Notes: generated from the letters alone by a model not told the origin. 63,976 nt of DNA, filler included, from Octopus bimaculoides (GCF_001194135.2; 4 parts of 3 records of this genome joined end to end with filler, not necessarily neighbours in it); one strand, 5' to 3'. Counted from the first letter of the whole stretch, positions 12,290 to 25,162 are shown. A program made the numbers and translations.

Positions 12290-13140
12290 GTTTATACATA
12301 TTTTTCTTACATTTATTTAGCTAAGTTTTAACATCATTTCCTTCGACATAGACACCTGATGCAGCAATACACCTATCCCAGCGTTCCTGCTACTTTGGGA
12401 ATCCAACCTAGAAGTTATTACCCATAAGCGAATCGAGGACCTTCGCCGATTCGCTCTGAATCTCAACAACGGTGCTAAAACGGCGACCTTTGAGCCTTTT
12501 CATCTTGGAGAAGAGATGGAAGTCTGCAGGTGCTAAATCTGGCGAATATAGTGGCGGCGGAAGTGATACCATGTTATTTTTTATGAGAAATTTACGAGTG
12601 AGGAGAGCTCAGTGAAAGGATGCATTGTCGTCGTGAAGAATCTAATTCTGCGCGCGCTCCATAGATGGTATTGCTTCCGCTGAATGTCCACCCTCAAACG
12701 CTTCAAAATTTCGCGGTAGAACTCTCGATTGGCGGTCTGGCCCTGGGGGACGAATTCTCAATGCACAATAGCACATTCCAGATCGCTCAATGTCTTCCAG
12801 GGACTTTCTTCCGCTTTTGAAGCGCCCGCACCACTCGAAGCATTGCGTATAACCCATTGCCTCGTCGCCGCCAGCTTGCTGAAGCATGCTCAATGTCTCT
12901 GTAGCGGACTTCCCAAGATTAATGCAAAATTTCACGTTGGCTCTTTGTTCCTGTCCATGACAAAATCGCAGGCTACAGCATCACAAAAACAAATTTCCCA
13001 ACTTACAAAGTAAACACAGCGATGTCACTCGACACACTACCTCATGAAGGTCACTGCTAGCACTAACTGTGCATGCAACCGTGTGCTGCCACCTGTTGGT
13101 GCGCTACAGAACTAGTCCGGGAACTTTTTGATACACCTCG
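12290..13140 (-). mobile_element. Mariner (DD34D-type) transposon, internally deleted and decayed
   Basis: 5' TIR cgaggtgtatcaaaaagttcccggactagt at 13111-13140 next to TA; MKFCINLGKSATETL...CFEWCGRFKSGR HTH region; HDDNA...YSPDLAPADFHLFSKMK and RWDRCIAA C-terminus. Confidence 0.88.
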
Positions 13141-13232
13141 TATATATATAAACATACAAATATAACTCAAAAAACATACATCCATACATACATTGCCATG
13201 ATTGTATGTATGTATGAATGTGTGTATGTGTG

Positions 13233-13263
<31 letters not shown>

Positions 13264-14608
13264 TATGTATGTATATCAGGTCGCTGTTGGGCGCTACAGG
13301 TAACATGTAACCCAGTACAACCTGTTGCATGGTCGGGTCGTCGGAGACTAAATTGGCAACCCATCAAGCTTGCTTGGTGAGGAGGGTGATTGTTGGACAC
13401 TCTGCAGGATGAAAAATAAGATCTGTCAAAGGGCGGAAGAGTTCATGAGCAGTCAACGGCCATCTAACAATATGTGTGCATGTATATATATGCACGTATG
13501 GATGCGCGGGGACGTGGAAATAGTTGGGTTGGTGTCCAGGCGCGTGGTTGTCCCACTGGGAGTGGGAGGCCCCTCTGTTATTATAACGTCTTTCTAGAAG
13601 AAGGAAACTCTGAGAGAAAACCTGCGACACTGACAATATTCGATGGTGCAGACTAGTTCTTCTTTTCGAGTTTATGTTGTCCATGTTCAGAAAGTGGGAC
13701 TGAATTTGTGCAAATCTTTTCCCCACAATAAAAGAACTCATCATGCACAGTCATCGCTTGAAAAAACATGTAAGGCCTATCACAAAAGTGACTTCGCATG
13801 TCCGGGACTTTCAATCAAGTGACGGCAATACTCAGACATGAGTTTGCAGCTATCATGTATGTATGCATGTATGCATGTATGCATATACACATGCGTGCAT
13901 ATCCAGAGTTTGACTTTAAAATGCATCCGGTAGTGGGGCTCTGGTTCGGGAGTTCCAAGGTTTTGAGGAGTGTGAAATCGCTCTTAGCCGTTATTGTTCC
14001 CAGATCTACTCTGATCATGGTCCTAGCTATAGATTAACTAGAATATGTGATGACAATCTGAGTGCAGGGACGCAGAAATACTCTTGGTTGATGTCAGAGC
14101 GTACAATAAGACCACCGGTAATGAGTAACTTCCCCCACCATCACCCAGCTGCTATCTCAGCATCTTTCTAAGAGAGGGACACTTTGATGTAAAACCTACG
14201 GTTTCACAAGATACTAACCACAGAGACTCAGAGAGTGTTAGTCGCGATGTTCATCCGTTTATCACTATAATCTAATGATGTACACATGTCCTTTATGGTG
14301 ACCTCGTTTGTCATTGCATCTACTGAAAGAACATCCTATAACTATAGAAGAGTAACGATGTGTGGAGACTTAATCAGCTAGAGGCACACAGTAAATTACA
14401 AATTACGTCTGTCATCTATGCTTCAAACCATGCAGACCTGCAATGGGACACTGAATTGTTATCTGAGAGGTCATTGAGACAGAAAGTCAGAAATTCCATT
14501 GATAATTAGGAAGCACAAGGATAAGGCAATTATCTGCGAAGATTAAGCAATCACCATGTATGTGTGTATATGTAGATGGATGGATGTATATAAATGTGTG
14601 TGTGTATT

Positions 14609-14651
<43 letters not shown>

Positions 14652-14760
14652 NNNNNNNNNNNNNNNNNNNNNNNNNNNNNNNNNNNNNNNNNNNNNNNNN
14701 NNNNNNNNNNNNNNNNNNNNNNNNNNNNNNNNNNNNNNNNNNNNNNNNNNNNNNNNNNNN

Positions 14761-14814
<54 letters not shown>

Positions 14815-16048
14815 TAATTGGAAAAATTTTGGAATCAACAAGAAGGCGTACGGTCGGACATTTATTTTTTAATCACTACAATTGTTTCTACGTAACGTAG
14901 TTTTCCATACGTGCAGATACTTGATTATGCAACTGTTTCCTTGCATTATCAGATCTAGTTGTGTTTCCTCAGGCGATATGTAAATATTGTCTCCGTAAGT
15001 TCACATTCTCAGCTTCAAGACCATCTTGTCTGTCTGTCGTGGCTTGAATTTAGTAGTAGTCACTGAGTTTATCACGGTGTGTTGTTGCTAAAGGACCCCG
15101 TCGGCAAACTGCTTTGAATGTGTAGATGTAGCGTGATAGTGATTCTGCTACTGTTAAAGTGGTTGCCGTTTTAAACGGATTGGCATTTGATTTCTTTGTA
15201 CTGTTGGTTTGTTCTTCATGGTTGGTCATACATGCGATTGTCTTTAGCTGAGCTTTACAAATCGGCCTATACGTACAAACACACAGCCGTTCACATATAC
15301 ATCCATATACGTACTAACGCTTGTTAACTCCAAATGTTTTTCAACTATCTATTCACACACGACAGATGCCCAAACGCAAACCTGGAAGTACATATAATAC
15401 TACTACTGAATAGCACAGGTGGACGAGCTTTATACTGTACTCTACTACGTTCTTAATAGAATATACCATAACAATGTGTGTGTGTATATTCTATGCATTA
15501 TCATGTATAGGAGTACGTATTTGTGCGCATATCCACGGACATATGTTTATGTATTTTTTTTTATGTATTCATATATATTTACCCGGCTGCATATATGTGA
15601 GGGAATGCATGTATAGTTTTGCATATATTTATATATCGGCTATATTATGTACAGATTGTATCAGGTTGGACCAATTACTTAATGGCATATTTAGAAACGA
15701 CCAAACGACTTGGTAATAGCACTGTTGACACGACACAGTTTTCTCTGAATGCCAAAACCATTGCTGCTTTTTTTTTTTTTCTATCATTTAGACTTCTCTG
15801 ATTGTGTGCCCATAACATAATATAACTATGTTATTCTAAGCCGTCCAGTCCTATATTTTAATTAATCCACGTTCAACGGTTATAATTAAGATAATGTTTC
15901 TTAATGATTGTAAATAGTTATGATATTTGTCTACCTTTAATTTGCATTGACTCTATGCATTAACATTTCTTAAAACATTCCTATAATTTATGTCATCTAA
16001 TACTGTATATTTCATTGTTTTTTTTTTGTTTTTTTTTTCCTGGCCAAG

Positions 16049-16215
16049 GAAGCGAGTTGGCAGAATCGTTAGATCGCTGGACAAAATGCATTGCGATATT
16101 TCTTCCCACTCTTTACGTTATGAGTTCAAGTCCCGCTGAGGTTAACTTTACCTTTCGTTCCTCCGGGGTCAATAAAGTATCAGTTATATATTAGGATCGA
16201 TGGTATCGACTAGCA
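16049..16215 (+). mobile_element. SINE family A copy
   Basis: Homologous to 47356-47556. Confidence 0.7.
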
Positions 16216-16289
16216 ATAGTATATAGCTAAGTTTTCCTAAAATGTGTGTGCGTCAGTGCGTATTTTTGTATTATATTTTGATTCAAAAG

Positions 16290-16720
16290 CTATTACATGC
16301 TAATTTAAACCTTAGGTTGGTGACAAGTCACCTCAAATCTCAAGAATTTTTCTAAGGATTCTTGCAGAATATAGGATGGCACTTTTCTGCAAGTTGACAT
16401 TACGCGTTTCAATTCCAATAGCCTTTTGCATCTAAGAAAAGAGTTTGAAAGTCGTGTCAAGTGCACTAATTTCATTGGAGCAATTGCTACCTTTGTTTTA
16501 CACAATCTCTCAGAATAGATCCTCAGAATATTTCTCAAATTTCTCAACTTCTTTGATAAGAAAATGTCTAAGAGTTGACTTTTCTCTTGTTCTCTACGAT
16601 CATGTCTGATCTCCTTGCTTCAATAGTATGGTCACTTTCTGTTGGAAAATTTCATAAAATTCTCTAATTATCATTCACCATCACAGCCTGTCGCTCGTAT
16701 TCGTACCACTCACAAATTTC
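16290..16720 (-). mobile_element. Older decayed R4/Dong-type RLE fragment
   Basis: Broken frames: DHTIEARRSDMIV..KRK, KEVEKFEKY, AIGIET...NLQKSAIL..ARILRKILEI*. Confidence 0.65.
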
Positions 16721-16744
16721 ACTAACCGCAAGCTTACAGAAACG

Positions 16745-17040
16745 TAAACACACCAACACCGGTTATCAAGCAGTAGGTGGTGAAGACAAACACCGACACA
16801 GACAGACAGACGGACGGACGGACGGACGGACGGACGGACGGACGGACGGACGGACGGACAGACGGACAGACAGAAGGACAGACAGACGACGGGCTTCTTT
16901 CAGTTGCCGTCTTCTAAATCCACTCGAAGACTTTGTCTAGTCCGAAGCTTTAGTAGGAGACATTTGCCTAAGGTGCCAAACAGTGGCACTGAACCCGAAA
17001 CTATGCAGTTGGAAAACAAACTTCTTGCCACACAGCCACG
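16745..17040 (-). mobile_element. SINE family B copy
   Basis: Homologous to 5880-6340; internal (GGAC)n/(CAGA)n. Confidence 0.75.
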
Positions 17041-17079
17041 TATATATGCATGCATACATACATATATCACTACTATTTT

Positions 17080-17470
17080 TAGTTTTCATTTCGCCATCCT
17101 TGCATGGATAAGCGGATCACCTCCAGCAGTGCATGTTGACAATCTTTGTTTTGGCATTTCCTATGAAAAGCTCAGCATCCTGAAATCGATCTTCACCACT
17201 TCATCCTAAGTCTTTCGGATTTCATCTACTTTCAGGCAACTTGCACTATTTTATGCTGTCATCTTCTATGCGTATCACAAACACGGACCACCGCAGTATT
17301 CTTTCTTTCACACTACATCTCATTTCCCCTACATCTAGTTTTTCTCTTAGCTCATTTGTACTGTTGTTCATGCACAATAACAGTACACATCCAGCAGAGT
17401 GTGTTCGCTTCACTTCTTGCACATTTTCACAAATCCCCAACAATCGAAGCTCACATCACACTGCCATGCA
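17080..17470 (-). mobile_element. Decayed 3' fragment of the same RTE family
   Basis: NELREKLDV...VKERILRW..V.RIEDDS and DEVVKIDFRMLS correspond to 26050-26280. Confidence 0.7.
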
Positions 17471-17721
17471 TATACTATCATAAAATCTGATCATTCTACA
17501 CAAATATACATAATGTTCTTGCCAGTTGATGGCATAGAGTATTCGGCAGCTATATAAAGCAGTTGGCAATTAAGTGATCACAATGTTGAACAGCTAAATT
17601 TGCATGTCTAAGCATTAGACGGTTTGTTATTATACACCACACAGCATGAACAGGAGCTACTGAAATTTAAATATTAGAAAATCTTATCTGTGAAAATAAA
17701 CTACATATATATGGTCATATG

Positions 17722-18020
17722 TGGAGGCACATGGCTTAGTGGTTAGAGCAGAGGACTCACGGTCGAAGGATTGCGGGTTCGAAACTCAGACCGGGCGATG
17801 TGTGTGTTTATGAGTGAAACACTTAAGCTCCAAGCGGCTCAAGTAAAAAGTAATGCTGACTCGTTCACCACAACTTTCTTTCACTCTTTCCTCCTGCCTC
17901 TAGCAGTTCACCTGCGACGGACCAACGTCCCGACCAGGTGGGGAACCTATACACCAATGAAACGGGGGAAACCGGCCCTTATGAGTCAGGCATGACTCGA
18001 GAAGGAACAAACAACAACAT
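17722..18020 (+). mobile_element. tRNA-derived SINE, family C, with (CAA) tail
   Basis: A-box-like tggcttagtggt and B-box-like gggttcgaaac; central cctgcgacggaccaacgtcccgaccagg segment; ends gaaggaacaaacaacaac. Confidence 0.7.
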
Positions 18021-18172
18021 ATGGTCATATATACATAATATATATGCACACATATGCATGTATATAGACATATACATAATATATATGCACACATATGCAT
18101 GTATATAGACATATACGCATATATATAACATTAACACACGTATATATATATTGAAACCGGGCTTAGCTGCTA

Positions 18173-18204
<32 letters not shown>

Positions 18205-18206
<2 letters not shown>

Positions 18207-18850
18207 TAGCAGCTAAGCCCGGTTTCACCCGGTCGGTTTGGATGATGTGGCTGTAAAACCTGCTCTGGGTAAGCATTCGACTTGTTTGGGCACGCATACG
18301 TTAAAAAACAATTTTAGAATGACATTTTTCTGTCAAAACGCTAAAGATTACTGACCAACAGAAAAAAACCAACCCAGATTTAACCAAATCAAAAAATAAA
18401 CCCAAATACTAAGCGAACAAAGATGAACCATCCCACTTCCATTACGCGCGCGCGTGCACATTCACATACCCCGCCTTTTACATACACACACATACATTCA
18501 CACAGAGTTGAAACGCTCACCCCTTCTTTCCTTATTCATCTATCACTCCTTCCTTTCTCATTCATAAACACAAGAGTATCATTTTAGTAGATTATCTCGG
18601 TAACCACAGGAGCTATAAAAAAAAAAATACAAAGCCCAGCAACACCACCAGATCATTCTACACATCTGTGTAATTTTTCGCGCAATTCCACCCAGCCGTT
18701 TGACCGTGAATCCCAAGACAAAACTAAGCGAACAAAGATGAACCATCCCACTTTCATTACATTGGACCATAATAGCTGTTATAATTTAATCATCTATAGT
18801 CTGATATGATAATATTTCGGAATAAAAGATTTCCTTCTTCAGATATACCT
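18205..18850 (+). mobile_element. Non-autonomous Helitron/HINE-like element starting in (TA)n
   Basis: 5' end actagcagctaagcccggtttcacccgg resembles invertebrate HINE/DINE-type starts (recalled); internal direct repeat ctaagcgaacaaagatgaaccatcccactt at about 18409 and 18724. Confidence 0.45.
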
Positions 18851-18899
18851 AGGAATTGATCGAGTCACTGCTATAATCGGTTTAACAACGTTTTTTTGT

Positions 18900-19190
18900 T
18901 TTTTTTCGGAAGCCTCTCTGCAGTGATCTCACTCCCACTACAGACATGGTCACCTAGGTAGCAGAAGCAATCAACTACTTCTAGCATGTGATGGAATCTG
19001 TTTTCTGTACATCAGTGTTTATTGTCCCTGTGCACCTGCCAAACACAAAAACTATCTCCCCGGTTAACCTTCCTTTGATATTGCTGCACCATCTGTGTCC
19101 ATAGCTTAGACTGGGTACATCATATGGATTTTCTACCCACGCCTTTTCTACAGATCAAGTGCCATCTACCTGAAGGGATTTGGGATTTGT
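18900..19190 (-). mobile_element. Decayed RTE fragment (PHD-like insert region)
   Basis: WCSNIKGRLTGEIVFVFGRCTGTINT..QKTDSITC, homologous to 25620-25790. Confidence 0.75.
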
Positions 19191-20518
19191 CAGGGTTAGG
19201 GTTAGGGTTACATTTGACAGAATAATCTGAATGTTAAAGGGTTAAACATTTATTATTTGGTGTCAGTGGAAGTGTGTCAGTGGAAGTGTGTCAGTGGAAG
19301 TGTGTCAGTGGAAGTGTGTCAGCGACCAGGTCACAGAATTTGTAGCAAAAATTTTTACACCAGTTAATAAATGTTTAAATGAAGCTAACAGTTTTGTATG
19401 TTTTTAAATGGCTAGCATATATTTTTCATGCTGCAATTGCTTTGGTTTCAGCACAAATCAAATCACTTGTTAGATAAGCACATCTCTGAAATACAAGGTT
19501 TTTTTTTCTTTTCTTTTTTTTTTTTGTTATTTTCCACCTTTAAAAAATATTTTTGAAAAATTTTATTATTAGGATTTATTGTTAGTCATTAATACTAGGT
19601 CCTCTGCAATAGTAGCTTGGTTTCAGTTTATTTTATTTGTTTGTTTTAAAGGGTGTAACCAAAAAGAGACAAAATTTAATATTTTAATATGTTTTCATAT
19701 GTGGATTTCTTTTGACTATTTTCAAAGCCAATATTCATCCAGAAGAGTGTACAGCAATATATTATTGCTACTTTTTTTTTTTTTTTTCTTTGCAATCAAC
19801 ACTGCTCATCCACTCCCAGCTCACTTAGAAGAGTAAAAAGAAAAACTCGACTCAGGTGTGAGTTGAACTCAAAACAGAGAATGACAAAATTAAATACTGT
19901 AGTAAATTTAGTCTAGCTCTCTACCATTACTGCCAAATGACTGCCCTTCTATTCTCAAATGGTAGTAGCTTTTTGATAGATTGTATTAGAAAGAACTTTA
20001 GTTTTTCTGTCCTTCTTTCCTTTTTTTTTTCTTTTGTAATCCAAATATAGTAAGTTCATACCTCTCTGAGGATGTTAATAAACAAGAAAAATAATACTTC
20101 GATTTCTAATTTTCACAGTTTATAAGCATTTTGTTACACTTGCCAATATTGTTACTGTTGACAAGTTGAAACAACTTTCAACCAGTCAAACAGGAAGTTC
20201 TATCATCATGGTTTAGTTGATAATTTATTCGTCTAAAATATTTCCAGTTTTTCTTTATGCATTTATTACAGCATAATGAACAAATTATTCTTCATTAGGA
20301 TGTAATAAATGTTTGGAATCCCTCTTTTTCCTTTCTTATTCCTTTTGTTTCCTCTTCTTTGAAAGTTTTTCTTTTTTTTTCTTTTTCAGTTTTTATTGTT
20401 TTTTGTTTCCTTTGAAGGAATTCCGACAATCCACCACCACTTTTGTCTCTAGTGGTCCCAGCAGAGAAAAAAAAGACATTAAACCAGTTGATCACTGCTA
20501 ACATAATTCTGTGGATAT

Positions 20519-20681
20519 CTAGCTATTGCAAGAACAACATCTGTTTTGGAAGCAAATAGCAGCTATGATGATAAGGATGAAGGCAACAGCCAACACAGTT
20601 CCAGTAGCAAACATTTCTCCCATTGAGAGGCCACTTTGACCAGGCGGAAGGACTTCGTCATCATCAAACATTGGAGTGTCG
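20519..20681 (-). CDS. Exon 4 of 4 (terminal coding exon): transmembrane helix and short Cys-rich tail
   Basis: Long polypyrimidine acceptor ...ttttttctctctAG; phase 2 start: DTPMFDDDEVLPPGQSGLSMGEMFATGTVLAVAFILIIIAAICFQNRCCSCNS-TAG. Hydrophobic stretch of about 20 aa; AATAAA on the minus strand at 20392-20397. Confidence 0.85.
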
Positions 20682-21224
20682 CTAGAGAGAAAAAAGAAAC
20701 AGAAAAAAAAAGCAGAAACAAGTTAATTATCATATAAACAACAAAAAATTAAGCAGTAAGACTGACAAATAAAATAAAATTTAACAATTTCATCATCATC
20801 ATTTAATGTCAGTTTTCCATGTTGACATCGGTTAGAGGATTTGACAGAATTCAGGAAGGCACAGAGCTGCAGTGAGTTCCAATGTCAGCTTTGGCGTGTT
20901 TTCTATGGCTGGATGCCCTTCCCAATGTCTTCTACCTTAATTTTTTTCTTTTTTTATACCCAATTGTTTTCTCTAACTTTTTAATAGTTTAAAGTGTGCA
21001 ACAAATGCTACAGCATACAAATTTTCGCCAATGATAAAGTATGTGTGAACATCATTCGTAAATACAAAAAGATTTGGAAAATGTTGACAGTCATCATCAT
21101 CATTTAATGTCCACTCTCCATGCTGGCAATGGTTAAATGGTTTGACTGGAGCTGATAAGCCAGAGATCTGTATCAGGTTCCAATCTGATTTGGCTGGTTA
21201 TGTTTTCATTATTCTATATTCTTT

Positions 21225-21612
21225 TATTTGTTCCAGTCATTTCACTGTGGCAATGCTGGAGCACCACCTTTAGTCAATCAGATCAACTCCAGGACTTATT
21301 CTTTGTAAGCCTAGTACTCATTCTCAGTCTCTTTTGCCAAACTGCTAAGTTACGGGGACATAAACACACCAACATCAGTTGTCAAACGATGGTGATGGTG
21401 GGGACAAACACAGCCACACAAGCATATGCATACATACATATATATATATACAACAGGCTTCTTTCAGTTCTGTCTACCAAATCCCCTCACAAGGCTTTGG
21501 TCAGCCTGAGGCTATAGTAGACGACACTTGCCCAAGGTGCCACGCAGTGTGACTGAACCCAGATTCATGTGGCTAGTAAGCAAGCTACTTACCACACAGC
21601 CACTCTTGTGCC
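21225..21612 (-). mobile_element. SINE family B copy (intronic)
   Basis: Homologous to 5880-6340; directly abuts the Tc1 left TIR. Confidence 0.8.
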
Positions 21613-21621
21613 TATAACGTA

Positions 21622-22863
21622 TAACGTCCTTTTTTTTATTTCAGATTCTTCAGTTTTTGGGAGACCCATGCTAACAGCGTTTGAATGAAAATAGCCCATC
21701 TAGACATTTTTTTTCAGAAAATGAAGGTTAGTGATAGATATTAAGCATACATTGAGTATATATTTGAAAGAAAACCATAATAATAATATAACATTTATTG
21801 ACATAATGAATTATTTAGCCACATTAGTGCCATTTCAACAGATAACTTCAAAAATCCTATTAGTCATGGAATCTGTCAATTTCTTAATAGTAGCAGATTG
21901 GACTGCTTCTGCTGCAGCTTTGATGGTCACCCATAAGACATCTTTCAACATAAATTGGTGTCCATCGGCATAAACATCTTGTTTAATGATGGACCAAAGA
22001 TTTTCGATAGGGTTGAGATTCAGAGATGCTAGCAGCCACACTATCAATCTTTCACCTTGTATGTCATAAGACTCTAGGAATGTTTGGATGGTCCCAGCAG
22101 AGTGGGAGGGAGTGATGACATGCATGAATATGAGATTCCTTAGAAGTGACAGCAGTATGTCATCTAGCCAAGGATCCAAGACCTCCTCCATGCGATTTCA
22201 GTAGGCGGCTGCAGTCACTTTAACCTCTTCAGGCACCCAAACTGGGCCAACAGGTCTGTCCTCGATGACACTGGCCCACAACATGACTCCTCAACTGTTG
22301 TTGATGTCGTAAACGTTGGTGACACTCATCTCCAAAATAGACCCAAACATTTGCCCAACCGTCAGATTCATCAAGGGTCAACCTGGTTTCATCAGTGAAC
22401 AGAACACACCTCAAGTCTAACATCATGTACTTTTGGGCTCGCTGAAGCCTCAAACTCATGTGAGGAGGCAGTTTCAGGGGTTCTCGCATGGAAGCCATGC
22501 TCTGATTTCTGGTGGTTTTCAGTACATGAGGAAGTCCAGAAGTAGTGAAAATAGCTTTGATTGTCTGTCCAAGTGTCCTATGTAACTTGTGGCCAATATT
22601 CCTTAAATCCCTAGCTATCACAGTCTTGGAGGTCCCACAATCGGATTGTTTCTTCCATGGTGCTCATGTGGCTACAAAATTCATTATGTCAATAAATGTT
22701 ACAATATTATTATGGTTTTCTGTTAAATATATACTCAATGTATGCTTAATATGTATCATTACCCTTCATTTCCTGGGAAAAAAATGTCAAGATGGGCTTC
22801 AAAAGCTACTAACGTGGTTCACTCAAAAGCTGAAGAACCTGAAATAAAAAAGAAGGGACGTTA
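21622..22863 (-). mobile_element. Tc1-family transposon with long (about 210 bp) TIRs, intronic in the M8/SEA gene
   Basis: Inverted repeats at about 21622-21832 and 22660-22863; VLFTDETRLTLD...DGW and LNPIENLWSIIK (DD34E-type) in frameshifted ORFs. Confidence 0.88.
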
Positions 22864-23110
22864 CACAGAATAATGAAAACATAACAATGGTGTTGCCATA
22901 GTGTATAAACCAGCTGAGAAAAGTTTTATCAAAATCGATTCACAGAAAACCGGAAAATCCTAAATTTCACTCCTAAGCTATTAATGTGATTTTAGGTGTA
23001 TATTGATGAACAGATAATCTAAATGTAGAAGATCATATCATAATTATTTGACTTTTGTGGAGTTGCCAGACTTCAGTTTAACTAGCTGAATATTAGAATA
23101 TTAAGATTAC

Positions 23111-23219
23111 CTGATGTACGTGGCTGTGTGTCGTCTGCCTGTGTGAGGTAGGACAATGGAGAAGTTACCTGCAAAAACAGCTTCATGAAGGACAGTATAA
23201 ACATATTTACTGTCAGGAC
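23111..23219 (-). CDS. Exon 3 of 4: C-terminal part of the SEA-like domain
   Basis: Acceptor ttttatttttttgtttctttcAG and donor ag|GTAATC; 109 nt, phase 1 to 2: (G)PDSKYVYTVLHEAVFAGNFSIVLPHTGRRHTATYI(S). Phases match both neighbouring exons. Confidence 0.85.
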
Positions 23220-23656
23220 CTGAAAGAAACAAAAAAATAAAACAATATTCTTTTGCAGTTCAGTGGACTAATTCAAAAGGTAATAGAGACTAATTCAAAG
23301 GTAATAGAATTAACAACTTTGCATGTTAAGTGAAGATAACGTCTGTTCAACAAATCAAACAAGTAACCTCACTACTACTGGCACCCCCAACTCTGTATAT
23401 ATTTCCTCTTTTGTTTCTTTCTTATTACTTTCTCTTTTCCCAGTTTCTCAACCTTCCACTTTTTCTATATACTTCCTTCTTGCTCTTTCTTGTTTCTTTT
23501 CTCATTCCATTTTTAGTCAGTTATGCCATGTAGGCTGTGCCTGATGACTGTGCCAAAATGGTAGGTGTGTTATAAAACACTATTTGGCATGTTCTCACCA
23601 CATGAAACTAGAAGCAGCACATAAAAACATGTATTGCGTTTACTAAATAAATATAT

Positions 23657-23657
<1 letters not shown>

Positions 23658-23709
<52 letters not shown>

Positions 23710-24222
23710 TTAACGTCTGTTTTCCATGCTGGCATAGGTTGGATGGCTTGACAGATCTGGAGAGCCAGCTGCTGCACCAGGTTCCAAACTGATCTACAGC
23801 TGGATGCCCTTCCTAATGTCAACCACTCCGAGAGTGTAGTCGGTACGTTTTACATGCCACTGGCAAAGGAGCTAGCCAGGCAGGCCTGAATTCGTTCACA
23901 TTTGGATAGTGCTTTTTATGAGCCACTGGCATGGGAGCCAGTCAGTGGGTACTGGCATTTGGATGGTGCTTTTTACGTGCAACCGGCATGAGAGCCATTC
24001 AGGTGGCCCTGGCATCAATCACGTTCAGATAATGCTTTTTAGGTACCACCGACAGGGAGCCAGTCGGGGGTGTTGGCACCAGCTACATTTGGATGGTGCT
24101 TTTTACGTGCCACTGGCACAGGAGCCAGTCAGGCAAACCTAGCATCGACCACATTCAGTCAAACCGTCCAATCCATGCCAGCATGGAAAACGGACGTTAA
24201 ACGATGATGGTGATGATGATGA
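23658..24222. mobile_element. Head-to-head pair of RTE-tail ((CAT)n-ended) non-autonomous repeats with internal tandem subrepeats
   Basis: 23706-23750 and 24150-24222 are inverted copies of catcat(c)gtttaacgtccgttttccatgctggcatgg; the interior has repeated ggtgctttttacgtgccac(t/c)ggca units. Confidence 0.75.
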
Positions 24223-24477
24223 AAATGCAAAATATTTTATTTTTTGTAGATTAGGTAGGCATAATTCACCCCTGCTTTTCAATCTCAGTATTCAAGCTAT
24301 GCATAATACTGTTGTAGTACACGTGCTGCGTACACTCCTACAACACCGCTTTATTTACATGTTCTGAAGGCAGAAGTAAATCTGCCTTCAACTCAGTCAT
24401 GCACCTGTTTTTCGCATATTTTTTGTGTTTTACTGCATAAAGATCACCAATTGCCTACCCTGAGTAATCACTGATGG

Positions 24478-24910
24478 CATCATCATCATCGTTTAACGTC
24501 CGCTTTCCATGCTAGCATGGGTTGGACGATTCGACTGAGGACTGGTGAAACCGGATGGCAAAACCAGGCTCCAATCTAATTTGGCAGAGTTTCTACAGCT
24601 GGATGCCCTTCCTAACGCCAACCACTCAGAGAGTGTAGTGGGTGCTTTTACGTGTCACCCGCACAAAAACGGCCACGCTCGAAATGGTGTCTTTTATGTG
24701 CCACCCGCACGGGCCAGTCCAGGGGCACTGGCAACGATCTCACTCGAAAATCCTACGGGAGCCAGTCAGGCGGTACTGGCAATGGCCACGCTCAAAATGG
24801 TGCATCTCATGTGCCACCCGCACAAGAGCCAGTCCAGGGGCACTGGCAACGATCTTACTTGGCTTGCCGGGTCTTCTCACGCACAGCACATTTCCAAAGG
24901 TCTCGGTCAG
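24478..24910 (-). mobile_element. RTE-tail non-autonomous repeat (shorter copies at 20790-20935, 21090-21200, 27243-27395)
   Basis: Same (CAT)n terminus and ggatgcccttcctaacgccaaccact motif as the RTE 3' UTR at 26440-26500. Confidence 0.75.
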
Positions 24911-24918
24911 TATGCCTC

Positions 24919-24959
<41 letters not shown>

Positions 24960-25162
24960 TTTACCTTTTCAATTTCTTTTTCAACTGAATCAACTAAGAT
25001 CCTCTTTCTATAAGATTTGTGAGAGTATGTTGTGAAGCCTTAAAAAGAATACAATAAAAGACAACTCGAATTGCTTAGGGAATTAATTCCTTGATGCTGA
25101 ATTAAAGATGCTGTAATATAAATAGATATTTTTACAGTTCTGTGTAAAAGAGCTTCACTTAC

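Noticed and set aside
14250-14480. Gypsy RT-like RRVTMCGDL motif
   Set aside because: Too short and degenerate, with no neighbouring RT motifs recognised.
17722-17800. tRNA gene candidates at SINE heads (also 47356, 58111)
   Set aside because: A/B-box-like motifs run straight into SINE bodies and I could not fold a complete cloverleaf.
23170-23195. HEAVF as a zinc-binding motif
   Set aside because: Not HExxH; it lies in the SEA-like C-terminal helix.
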